This document shows positions 23,863 to 35,536 of a stretch of DNA of 61,177 nucleotides, piece after piece. The notes below the pieces were generated by a model that saw nothing but the letters and a program-made list of their open reading frames with translations, did no database searches and had not been told where the DNA came from. The position numbers and the translations under genes are program-made. Within the stretch, counting starts at the first letter, position 1, and each line of letters starts with the position of its first letter. Origin of the DNA: Octopus bimaculoides (Eukaryota); NCBI RefSeq assembly GCF_001194135.2, contig NC_068985.1, forward strand, positions 69,388,108 to 69,449,284, in the 5' to 3' direction.

Positions 23863-25699
23863 ACACATACACACACACACACACACACATACACACACAC
23901 ACACACATACACACACACACACACACANNNNNNNNNNNNNNNNNNNNNNNNNTATATATATATATATATATTCATGCCTTTCGCTTCCTCCCAAAATATT
24001 ATCATACAGAATTTGCTCATATAGTAATTATATCACTTGTAATTGCACTGGATCGCTAAATTATCGTGATGTGTAATTTATATGTAAACTTACATGGAAG
24101 TGTGTTTACATGTCAAGTGTTGAAAATTCTCTACGAATAGAACTTGAAAACAAATCAACCTCTGTAAATGACACATATCATTTGGTGCCTATATCGAACA
24201 TTTCCATCAATAAATTTGTAAATTTCTATCAGAATAACGATAAAACATCATATATATTAAATTAAATGTTTAATTGCTTAGGCATTCTTATATTAATTTT
24301 ATGTAAGCTACGACTATATTTGAATATAACTCAATATTCAAATCGACGTGTGTCGGTCAATGTATTCTTCAAAATGCTGCGCACTATTAAGCACGTAAAC
24401 AACCTAAATAAAATGCACCCCATAAAAAGATTACACTTGAGATTATAGCTAATGCAACACAGACTGTTACGTCTGAAGTGTATGACATGTCAAGTAATCT
24501 TGGATAGCAATGTGTGTAGATATTTTAAAAGTGGCACGTATTCTATTGCCGGCATTCTGTTGGAGTACATTTCTATTATATTTAATTTTGGAACACCACG
24601 GTTCGAAATGCTGTGAATAATATTATATAATTACTTACAAAGCTCCAAGATATTGAAAAATGTTTGGAATGTGTCACTGAGATGTAGAATGTTTTTTTTT
24701 ACCTTCTACATATGCTCGAGCAGTGAGCTGTTGTTTACAAATCTAGGTAACACTGATGTACTGTCTTTTGAAATCCTTTTCAATACCGACCCCCAAAATT
24801 ATCACAATTTGAAATACATTACCTAACGAAAAAATTGATCAATTCTATGAATCAGAAGTAGAATTTCGATAGCTTCTCGTCGTAGCTTGGGTTTAATCGG
24901 TATCAGAGGCAGATTTGACCGTAGTGTTTGATATCTGAGACAATTCTGGTCAGGAGAGTTACATCGAGTAACATCGGAAATATTCAGCATATTATACTAG
25001 ATTTTCTACCAGTTCTGGTTTCATTCCACTGGTTGAATGATAATTTGTTCTCTCTTTCGAAAATTTCTCACCTCATTGATGTTCTGCAAGTTCCTTGTTA
25101 TAAAATGTAGGATGCTATTAAATATGAAGCTAAATTATTACATTGCTAAGTTTATTCAACTTAAATGTTTCTAATTATGCATACATATAAGTAGATTACA
25201 AGATATCCTCATTTGGTTTCATTAGATCTAATATATATCTGTAGTATTATATAAATGATTTTATTCTATTTGCGTATTCTGTTAATAATGTGTTAATATT
25301 GCTTTAATATCATTAGTAAATCTATTTATAATGTGACGATACTTATTCTCAGAAATTTGTCATCGCTCTACAACTGTGGGCCAATATGAATCTGATTAAA
25401 ATGTGCTCAATTTTGCACCGCACACAACGGAAATTTTCTTTCGCATGAAATTTCCTGGACGTCCAAGTGTATAAAATTAAACTTTGAACCAGAGAGTAAG
25501 ACCTGAATTTGTGGGAAAGGAAACGAAATTGTTAAGCACCAATTAATTGAATGCGGTAAACCAGCGCAAAATGAGTACAACTATACTCATGACTCTGTTA
25601 GTATCTGGATGTTAACCGAGTTTGTGGATTCCAAGTAGGAGAAAATGTGATATAAACATGAGCCAGTATCCTTGACAGGCAAATTTATAAGGGATCCCC

Positions 25700-26355
25700 G
25701 CGTAAATGACTAATGATGTCTAAAGTCTAATACTGGGGCATATAAGCCCTCGACGGAAAGAAAGTATGTTTTCCCGGACGCGTGGGGCTCGACCCCACAT
25801 TTCCTTATTTTCTCGACAAGTGTGATAGCCATTTACACCAACGAACAACCTGCTTCTTTCAGTCAGAGTTAAGAACTATAATTAGTTCACAGTGTGGTTT
25901 TATAAACAAACTTTCATGTGCTTTTAATGCGACCTTTTTTGCTAAGCAGCGTCGATTTTTTAAAAACCTCAAATAATAATTGTATTTTATAAGCTTCAAG
26001 CTTATAGTTTAATAATGGGGCATATATGCCCTCTACAGAAAAAAAGTACGTTTTCCCGCATGCGTGGGACTCGAACCCACACCTGTTTGTAAATGGTGTA
26101 GCACACTTGTCACGAGAGCAACACTACGAAATAAATATAGTTCATAAATCTGACGGAATGATGCAAGTTGTGCGTTGATGTAAATGGCTTCCACACTTGT
26201 TGCGAGAACAAAGGGGTGTGTATTCGAGTCCTGCACATACGGGAAAAACCTAATCTTTTCCATCAGCGGCTTATATGCCCCATTATTAGACTATTTTCTT
26301 TAGTCATTGCATGGTGATCGCTTATAAGCTTTAAGCTTATACTATAGTTATTATT
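25700..26355. mobile_element. Cluster of three copies of a tRNA-like repeat (family D): minus at 25700-25883, minus at 25975-26083, plus at 26134-26355
   Basis: Shared TGGTGTAAATGGCT..CACACTTGT (A-box-like), GGGTTCGAGTCCC (B-box-like), oligo-T, GGGC-ATATAA-GCCC hairpin and aagcttNaagcttat tail. Confidence 0.7.
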
Positions 26356-26418
26356 ATTTACACACACACACACACATATATATATACATAAACACACACA
26401 TATATATTACATATGCAC

Positions 26419-26464
<46 letters not shown>

Positions 26465-26466
<2 letters not shown>

Positions 26467-26850
26467 ATCTCTTCCGATGGTCATTCCTTGTCATGGTGGA
26501 AGATCTTGTGTCTTCCAATGATTCTGATAGTGATCCCGACTGGAGTAGTAGACTCCTAGTAGGGCCACCCGTAGCGGCAAGGTCGAGGATGAGGTCCTAG
26601 AGTAAACACGATCAAATACCAACGGCAGCGCAAGCGGACGAGGGCTGTCTCAAGCCCCCAAGGATTGACTCCGGCGGAAGAGGGAAACGCCTGTCGGGCT
26701 GGCCTGACAAACGCGGATAGACTCCGGCCGCTTCCTCCAACCACCTTCATCAAGACTGCACGTCTCAATTCTTGAGCCGCAATGGAGAAGTTCCTGGCCA
26801 AGTCCGTGCGCATGGCCGTCGCGCAGCCACGATCAACTCAAACAATTTAG
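26465..26850 (+). mobile_element. RTE/BovB-type LINE 5' UTR fragment
   Basis: ccttgtcatggtggaagatcttgtgtcttccaatga..tagggccaccc..ggcaaggtc matches the Bov-A/RTE 5' pattern CCTTGTCGTGGCGAAGGGGCTTG..CAATGA..CAGGGCCACCC..GGTC. Confidence 0.75.
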
Positions 26851-26904
26851 TCAGCGAATGGCTTCTTCTTTCCAATCTGATATTCTAATCTGTGTATGTA
26901 TTAG

Positions 26905-27070
26905 GCGGGCTTCTTTCGGTTTCCCTCTACGAAATACACTCGCAAGGCTTTGGAAAACCTGAAGCAACAGTAGAAGAAACTCGGTGATGGTGACACGCAG
27001 TGGGACACATCTCGAATACATGTGACTGCGAAGCAAGGTTCGTTCCACGCAGCCACACTTGCACCTATAT
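26905..27070 (-). mobile_element. Family C SINE (head and CORE-like part)
   Basis: Revcomp gtggctgcgtggaacgaaccttgcttcgcagtcacatg..gtcccactgcgtg..ttctactgttg..ccaaagccttgcgagtg..gaaaccgaaagaagcccg. Confidence 0.75.
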
Positions 27071-27932
27071 ATAGATATGTGTATGTGTGTGTGAGTGTGT
27101 GCGTGTGTGTGTGTGTGTGTGTTGAAGCATATGTTGTTGTGAGTGGGGAGAGTCATTCTCTTTTAGTGGCTTCTTATATAACACACTCACCATATAGTTT
27201 CCACTCATTTACTTATTTATATTGCTACCTTTTCAATAGTCGTTGATTCTTACCGTTATCCAAGCTGCATGTATGTTTTGTCTGATTGTGCGCATATGTG
27301 TGGGTCAATGTGCATGCACGTACACGTATGGATGTATGTACGTATATATATGTACGCATGTATGTGTGTGTTTTCATGTACGTGTATATATATATAGNNN
27401 NNNNNNNNNNNNNNNNNNNNNNNNNNNNNNNNNNNNNNNNNNNNNNNNNNNNNNNNNNNNNNNNNNNNNNNNNNNNNNNNNNNNNNNNNNNNNNNNNNNN
27501 NNNNNNNNNNNNNNNNNNNNNNNNNNNNNNNNNNNNNNNNNNNNNNNNNNNNNNNNNNNNNNNNNNNNNNNNNNNNNNNNNNNNNNNNNNNNNNNNNNNN
27601 NNNNNNNNNNNNNNNNNNNNNNNNNNNNNNNNNNNNNNNTGTGTGTGTGTGTGTGTGTGTGTGTGTATTTATGTATGTATGTGTACGTTTGTATGTATGT
27701 ATTCTGCATATTCATGTATTTCTGTGTTCGTTTTTGTGCGTTTGTGTGTCTATGTGTGTTTGCATGCGTGTGTGTACCTCTGTCTCCTTGTGTGTGTATG
27801 TTTGAATGTGTCTGTGTATGGGTTTTTGTGACTAGGTTCTGCGCCTTTTTTGTATGGATATGTGTCACCATATGTGTCTTTTGTAAAGTGAGTGTGTAAG
27901 TATGTTCACGTGCTTCAGTCTTCATTTGCGTA

Positions 27933-28109
27933 TATTATTTACATTATTTACACTTGACGGATGTTTGTCCTCATCTTGTTTGTTGTTAACACAACGTTTC
28001 GGCTGATATACTCTCCAGCATTCTTCTAGGGTCCTGGGAAATGTTCGAACCTGGGTTCTCATTTGTAAGTTATTTTTCGATATTCTTGTTGTTATTATTA
28101 TTAACATTA

Positions 28110-28184
<75 letters not shown>

Positions 28185-28270
28185 TTATTATTATTATTCA
28201 GGGCACTGGAATCGAACACGGAATCTTGGGGTTAGTATCTCGCGCCCTTAACCACTACGTCATATGCCCG
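27933..28270 (-). mobile_element. Family H element, copy 3 (full head)
   Basis: cgggcatatgacgtagtggttaagggcgcgagatactaaccccaagattccgtgttcgattcc, (AAT)n, then CTAGAAGAATGCTGGAGAGTATATCAGCCGAAACGTTGTGTT at 27988-28034. Confidence 0.85.
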
Positions 28271-28271
28271 T

Positions 28272-28390
28272 AGGCTGGAGAGTATATCAGCTGAAAAGTT
28301 GTGTTAGCAACAAACAAAATAAGGACACATATCCGTCGAATGTAAATAATGTAAATAATGTTTATAATTCCTTATCTATCAAATATAGAA
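28272..28390 (+). mobile_element. Family H element, copy 4 (5'-truncated at hammerhead stem II), inverted relative to copy 3
   Basis: aggctggagagtatatcagctgaaaagttgtgtt..aatgtaaataatgt..aaatatagaa. The copy 3+4 pair is flanked by the 13-bp direct repeat cttcatttgcgta (27920-27932 and 28391-28403). Confidence 0.85.
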
Positions 28391-28438
28391 CTTCATTTGC
28401 GTACGCAGGTGTATATGTGTGCGTGTCTGTTCATATTA

Positions 28439-28439
28439 C

Positions 28440-28499
<60 letters not shown>
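28439..28499. repeat. (TATC)n tetranucleotide repeat
   Basis: Read directly from the sequence. Confidence 0.95.
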
Positions 28500-30131
28500 T
28501 TCTATGTCTGTCTGTTTACATTCATATCCATTTACCTACATACGTATGCATATACATATACATATAAACATACGTATACATATATGTATAGAAATATTTT
28601 TACGCATATACATATACATATCCATATATACACATACATACACACATTGACACATATATCCACATAACAGCCCACTATTTATTGAAAAACGTACAAGACG
28701 TAACGGTAATTTTAGAAATAATCAACATGTAAACGAATGGAAACTAAACCGGTGTGTGTACTGAACAATAAGGCACTAAAAGAGAATGACTCTCAGCAGA
28801 CGCNNNNNNNNNNNNNNNNNNNNNNNNNNNNNNNNNNNNNNNNNNNNNNNNNNNNNNNNNNNNNNNNNNNNNNNNNNNNNNNNNNNNNNNNNNNNNNNNN
28901 NNNNNNNNNNNNNNNNNNNNNNNNNNNNNNNNNNNNNNNNNNNNNNNNNNNNNNNNNNNNNNNNNNNNNNNNNNNNNNNNNNNNNNNNNNNNNNNNNNNN
29001 NNNNNNNNNNNNNNNNNNNNNNNNNNNNNNNNNNNNNNNNNNNNNNNNNNNNNNNNNNNNNNNNNNNNNNNNNNNNNNNNNNNNNNNNNNNNNNNNNNNN
29101 NNNNNNNNNNNATATATAGGTAAATAGATAGACATATAGACATATAGACATTTTATAATATTATACAGCCCCATACATGCATAAACTGCGCACAACTTTC
29201 ATGTACTAGAATATGTTCCTATGCATGGATGTAACCTTGTGCGTGCGCGTGTATCTGAAAATTCTATTGATATTAATTTGTCACTAGCATATTTTGACTG
29301 TTAACATATGTACATAAATTGAATATCTGTACAGCAAAATACATGAAAAAAATTTACTTTGCTCTCATTTCAGTTTTACATGTTATTTAATACATCTCAA
29401 GTATCCAAAACACTTTCACTTCTATCCGACTGCTTCTGATTTTTTTATTAAATATTGTCAATATTTAATCACACTGCCAAACTGCAATAGATATTCTGGT
29501 ATATATGTACCATAACACTTCATATACTTTTAAAGAAACCGTTATTAGCCCTTAAGTTATACATTGCATTGAATATGTAATGCTTTCTATCTATTTAAAC
29601 TACTTTTCTTTTTCTTATACGGATTCCGTGCATGTTATTCTCATTGGGATTGGCTATTAAACGCAAGAGATGTGATGCGATTTTAGATTAAAAGCCCACC
29701 TCATTTCCTAAATTGCATGATAAATTAAGACGAGCAACATATATTTTAGTAGCATTTTAAATCATTTTTCGTGATACAAACTAGCCTATGGGTTTCAATT
29801 AATTTTAAATATATTGAAAAATTCGGAAATATTTAGTAACACAATTTATTTGATCTTTATTAAAAACCTTTGTAGAAAATATTTTTCAGCAGAATTTTAT
29901 CACAAAATTGTAATAGGAGGTTGAAATTATAAATATTTTAAAAGTTCATATCTTGTAAAGTTGTACATGGTATGATCACAGCTATATTGGAATAAAATTT
30001 GTTGTACTGCTGGAAATATTTCTTTGCATTCTTATGTTTTTGGAAGTGGATGGGATTTTAGAAACTCGATATGTTGTGACGTTTCGATTTGTGATTTCAA
30101 CCAGCTTTGAACATTGTATACGCCCACTGAT

Positions 30132-30134
<3 letters not shown>

Positions 30135-30185
<51 letters not shown>

Positions 30186-30207
30186 TCTCTCTCTCTCTCT
30201 CTCTCCT
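30135..30207. repeat. (CT)n microsatellite
   Basis: Read directly from the sequence. Confidence 0.95.
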
Positions 30208-30602
30208 TCTCTTGCCCGCGCGTGCACACACATACAGAAGTACTGTCTTGTATACCAGGTATTTGTATTGTTGCTGGAGTACTTTCCACTCTTCCGAGGT
30301 AGTTGTTTGTCTTTCACTTGCAATAAGGCTTATTTGACCATCTTTTCTACTCATTCGAATTTAGTCCACGATCACGTATTTAACGTATTTAGCACTCAAC
30401 ACTTGCCCATTATTTCTTCCCTAAAACATATTACGCATGCATGAAGGTAACCCTTGGGTTTATTTGCTTCCTGAAGTCGTCAACGTGTTTCTATTCAAGG
30501 CGTGGACAAAAGTGAAACACACCAGAGTTTTGAGGATCTACGACAGATATGGCAGAACATCTCCAGCAATTTTACATTTAAAAAACTATAATGCTTTATA
30601 AA

Positions 30603-30812
30603 AGCGACAAGCTGGCGGTGACGTCAGTACGACGGGCAAAATGCTTAGCGGCACTTCTTCCATCTTGCGTTTTGAGTTCAAATTCCGCCGAGGTCAATCT
30701 TGCTTTCTTGTATTCGGGCTCAATTAGACAAGTGCCCGTTGAGCACTGGAGTCGATGTAGCAAACTCAGCTGCCTATCCGAAATTGCTGGCCTTTTGCCG
30801 AAATGTAAAACC
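30603..30812 (+). mobile_element. Family A SINE
   Basis: gctggcggtgacgtcagtacgacgggcaaaatgcttagcggc..gagttcaaattccgccgaggtc..gagcactggagtcgatgta..ccgaaattgctggcc. Confidence 0.82.
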
Positions 30813-30918
30813 TTATTTCGAATAATCTCAGGGGTTGCTGCATTTTCTTTTACACATTTGTATCATACATATTAAAATCTTAATAAATGAGTTAATGGTG
30901 GACAGTAAAACATTTATA

Positions 30919-30952
<34 letters not shown>

Positions 30953-31619
30953 CATACATATATATATATATATATATATGTGTGTTTGTGTGTGTGTGTG
31001 TGTGTGTGTATGTTTGTGTCTGTGTGTGTGTCTGTGTGTGTGCCTGTGTGTTTGTGGCCAAAGCAAGATGTTCTCTGTCTGCCTCCCTAAACTCTGGGAG
31101 ATTTTAGGTATTGTTATACTAATGTGTCCATCTGTTCTAATTTAAATTCTATTTCTTTGTGCAGCTGAAAATTGCTCTGCATTTTAAATTGATGTAATGA
31201 TTACATTGTTCAATTAAATAGAGTTGCATGAAATGATCGTTCGGCATTACCTCTGGATATCCTTGTTGGTTATTTTGATTTTAATCCCGTTACTTTGAAA
31301 GTGTATGGTTAATACCGTACTAAATTCTGGTGCCTAAACTTAAGTACCATATTCACCTGAATCTAAATTTTTGCTCATATACTATATATATATATGTGTG
31401 TGTGTGTATGTGTGTGTATGTGTGTGTGTATGTGTATGTGTGTGTGTATGTGTGTGTATGTGTGTGTGTGTGTTGTTTTTTTTTGGGGGGATGTGTATGT
31501 ATGTATGAATATTCATGTCAAATTGGTAACTATAAGGCTGCATGTTTAGTTTACCGAGTTTAGTTGTGAAAGATTTCCCTCCGTAATGAAAACAGACTGA
31601 TGTCACTTTACCTTTTATT

Positions 31620-31870
31620 ATATCAGGTCATCCCATAAGTTCTGTCCAAATTTTAAGTAAAGAAAACAAGTGATTACACCAGTAACATTTCATAAGGAAA
31701 CTTATCTTACATGATTGTTGAATACATCTTTTTATTTCCTCAGTTCAAGATATGTATAACAAATAGGTATATTATCATCGTCACAAACTGAATAACAATG
31801 ATTTTAATTGAGGAAAAGTGAGGTGAAACCAATGTAACAAAAGACAGTCATTTGACATCACATCCAAAGT
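31620..31870 (+). mobile_element. Probable mariner 5' end fragment
   Basis: TA-TCAGGTCATCCCATAAGTTCTGTCC resembles a mariner TIR. A degenerate start-like segment (VTKDSH) lies downstream. No matching right end found. Confidence 0.35.
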
Positions 31871-33164
31871 TATTCAATCCTAGAATATATTTAGCGCTCA
31901 TTCTCTATTTCGTATTTTTTAATTTGAATCACAATCAACTTAGAAGTAATAAGTTGAACGTATTTAAATATTATCTGAAGAAATAAATGGGTACTAAATT
32001 TATTGCGTGAATTGCATCATATTGTATGTGATATGAAATAAACGGCGTTTTTTTTCACAGAAATATAACACTGTGTTGACTTTTCTTTTCATGAATTAGT
32101 CCATAGAAGTTATCCTTCGTGGACAGACATGCTGTGAAACTTTATCGAATATATATTTGCCTTTAAGTCAAAGGGCCTGTATTTTTTCATATTGTGAGGC
32201 TGATCTATTCTGAAATGTTCCTGATGGATACACGTGTATGCTATAATCTTCTGACACTTAGACTTTAATTTAATGAGTAGATATGAGAGAAAAAAAACAA
32301 TTGTATACTGTGCTCAGCTGCAACTTTCTCTGATCTGATAACTTAATCCTGTAACCCCTTGTGCCACACTGATTTCACGGGATAAAACTGCTGCATCAAA
32401 TTCGCCTTATGCAGAAAAATGAAAACATTTTCGTTGATTTAAGTGTTGATAAATTGTCAGGGCGTGCATTTTCTTAAAGCAAATGTTAATGTTCTTATTT
32501 CTATTATTTACTGTTTAATACGGATCAACTGTCGAAGGCATTCCAACAGCGGGTATAGTGGGATTTTCGGCTATATTGAATCTGATATTAACTTTTATAA
32601 ATAGTTTTCATTAAATTGAGAACGATAATACAAGCCAACGATAATAAAGGTATATTGTGTGATTCCATAGAGAAAGTACTGCCTGTTTCCCCATATTAGA
32701 ATAAGTGGTTTTATAATTAGTTGATTATTCAGCCATCATTGCGATGTTTTTCTGTAACCATCTACTGATGTCTTTCAAAAGGTAGAATGTTAGAACAGGC
32801 AATGAAATATATGGTCGATAACGACTTGGGTTTCTTTGAACATATTTGCGTTGAATGGAATCTGCGATGACAAGAATAACCGAGGGAAAAGTAGCACAGC
32901 TTAAAATTGAGGAGCCACTAGAGAAATTGACTTATCTGTATTTACTGGTGTCTACGGCTGTGTTTCCTCACTGAACTATGACACTAAGCTACCCGGTTAT
33001 ATATTTCCATTGAGATATATAGCTGTGTATTTCCAATGGTGCGCACATACCTCTACCTTCTGTAGAGCATATAGTGTGCGGTGGGTAAGTGAGGACAGAC
33101 AATTATCTTTATTAATCTCTTCAAGATATTTATATCTTTCAGATCCCCCATTGCTGACAAACTG

Positions 33165-33300
33165 CTAAATGAGGAAAGACCGTGTAACTAATGGTGCCAT
33201 ATGCGCGAAACATCAACGATTTAGAGATTATAAACTATGTAATGTAGCAAGATTTTTGTACGCAACGTTAGGATGAAGTTGGAAGCTTCTGGCAAGACTT
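33165..33300 (+). pseudogene. maT/DD37D-like (Tc1/mariner) transposase N-terminal fragment
   Basis: With frameshifts: MRKDRV..AICAKH-NDLEIINY..VARF/FVRNVRMKLEASG, a pattern like AI.A.HSDLEIA.FL.V.RSFV..VR.ELEAS. Family assignment is from memory. Confidence 0.5.
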
Positions 33301-33919
33301 CTTGAATTGTGTCAAACTCAAAGATATTCTAAGATTTCTGGCATCGCAATTAAGCGAACTGGTTACAAACATTATTGATGAAGATCCCGAGAAAACGATG
33401 AGAGCCATTATCAAATAACTTTACGTTTCCGAGTGGATTATGAAAATGTAGTGCAGTAGGATATTCGATATACGTTGTATGTAGTGGGGAGAGACGAATT
33501 CCTGCCAGTAAATCACAGAAAAACGATTTTATTCGTTTCAGGCAGAAGCATAACGATATTAATTCTCTCATGATCATGGCATATTTCGGTTCTTATCTGA
33601 TAAGAAAACCTGCAATCGAGACCAATATCATGCAAAAATAAATAAATAAATAAATAAATATTCAGTAAGTGTTCAGAAACTGCGATTGTGTTACTAGAGG
33701 TGAGTAAAAATTGCTCTGTCATTCCGCCAAGCATCATTAATCAGTCTTAGAATTATGCTGCTGAATACATTGCTGTGCTAGAGGTAGGTAACGCCTTATC
33801 TGGATGAAGTGCGTAGTGGAAGGCCATCCGTATTTCAATAAGACTGCACCTTCTCACGAACTCCGCATGGCATAAGAACGGAGATTCAGTAATATTTACC
33901 AATCCTGTAATGGGAAAAT

Positions 33920-34125
33920 TTGTCACCGTACGACTAGCCAGATGCCAGGTTTGAAGCGTAGAATAAAGGGAAACTAATCGAAATCCTCATGTAGGAGCTT
34001 CACTGAAGATCACAAATCGTCAGGAGCTGACCGCAAGGTATAAGGACCATCTAAGACGCGTATGTAAAGGATTCCTATCCCACATTCAGGCAGTCAACAA
34101 CGCTAACGTCGGTTACATAGAATAA
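33920..34125 (+). pseudogene. maT/Tc1-like transposase C-terminal fragment
   Basis: TNRNPH..SLK..KDHLRRVCKGFLSHIQAVNNANVGYIE* resembles the ending AC..FR.RIEAVI.A.GG.IE*. Confidence 0.55.
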
Positions 34126-34157
34126 TCGTATTGGAAAGATTAATGAAAACACGTATA

Positions 34158-35058
34158 CGAGGGTGTACCCGCAAGTAACCGGTTACCTTCTCTGTGGGAC
34201 AAGCCCTTTTAAGCTCAAGCTTTCATCGTTAGGAGTCATTTGATACGACCCTCAGGCATCAGTCTGCCTATCGGTGACGTCCTGTGACATCGTGCTGCTA
34301 CATTGTGCATCTTTTCTTTGTAGTTCTTATCTTCTGTTCCTCCATTTTTGCGATGGATGGGTGTAACGAAGGAACGGCGTTCTTCCGTGAATTTCTGTTT
34401 TGTGGCTAGGAAAGCTGCGGCCAACACAATGAAACAATTTTCATACTTTTAACAGTTTATAAGGACGCAGGAATGGGCAAAACACAAGTTTACAAGTACT
34501 TTAACGCTTAGGAATGGTCGTTTGTCGCGTGATGACCAACTTCGTTCAGAGCGTCCCTCGACCTCCCGAATAAAAAAAAAATCATAATGAACTGATCCTG
34601 GAAGACCATAACCCAAGAAATGACGAACTTGTTGATATGACTGTTGTGTCCTGAAGCTCCTACCGACGAATTTTGAGTAAGGCATTACAAATGAAAAGAG
34701 TTGCAGCACAATTTGCGTCTCGCTCGCTCATGAAAGATCAAAAGCAGTCACGACTGAATCCATGCCATGAGCTGAAAAAACAGTTGGAAATTGATCTGAT
34801 CCTTCTTTGGAAGGACATCAATTATGAGGAATGTTGATGCTACGGAATTTGCACATGTGAAAGAAGTGAAGAAAAACCGATGGATGCTTTAAAAGGCATC
34901 ACTTTGCCAGAGTTTCAGCACTGTTTCGAACGCGTCTGGCCCCATGCATTGCTTCAAACAGAGAATACTTTGAAGGTGGTAATACTGGAAACATGTAAAC
35001 CAAAGTGAAATAAAATAATATTGCAAAATTCCGATTTCTTTTTAGTACTCAGTTATGT
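34158..35058 (+). mobile_element. Internally deleted mariner element
   Basis: TA|CGAGGGTGTACCCGCAAGTAACCGG left TIR and a degenerate right TIR near 35025-35058. Transposase remnants: VYKDAGMGKTQVYKYF, DDQLRSERPSTS, LQMKRVAAQF, CHELKKQLE. The catalytic region is missing. Ends CIASNREYFEG. Confidence 0.85.
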
Positions 35059-35477
35059 ATACACATAACTGGACCATGCATTTTAGTGATTTAGCTGTGT
35101 TATATAATTAACAAACTTCGTTAGTTCACAAAAATATACTAATTGCTGTGTGTCCTAACATTCTCATAATTTTTTGTGGCAAATTACTAACCAGTGAAGA
35201 GTACCATGACATCTGAAGACAAGTGTGAGAAAAGGCATGTTTTATGATTTTTAGAATATTTGCATCGGAATGGAAATTTCAGAAAGCCATCATTCTCCTC
35301 GATATATCTCTCTGCGTTGAACTGAGATAGCTGAAAAACCAATAAAGACTGCTAGAAGAAAAGAGACATATGAGATAAGTGAGGTAGGGTAGCATCTAAT
35401 TTGTTCAGGGAAGCAAGTTTAGTGATGCTATTGTTGCAGCTGTTGCTATTATGGTTGATGTTGTTGTTATCGCTGCT

Positions 35478-35478
35478 G

Positions 35479-35536
<58 letters not shown>
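35478..35536. repeat. (CTA)n trinucleotide repeat
   Basis: Read directly from the sequence. Confidence 0.95.

Noticed and set aside
25725-25765. Possible hammerhead in family D (ctaata.t-GGGGC-ATATAA-GCCC..GGAAA)
   Set aside because: All three copies have (C)TAATA rather than CTGANGA, so the catalytic core is absent.
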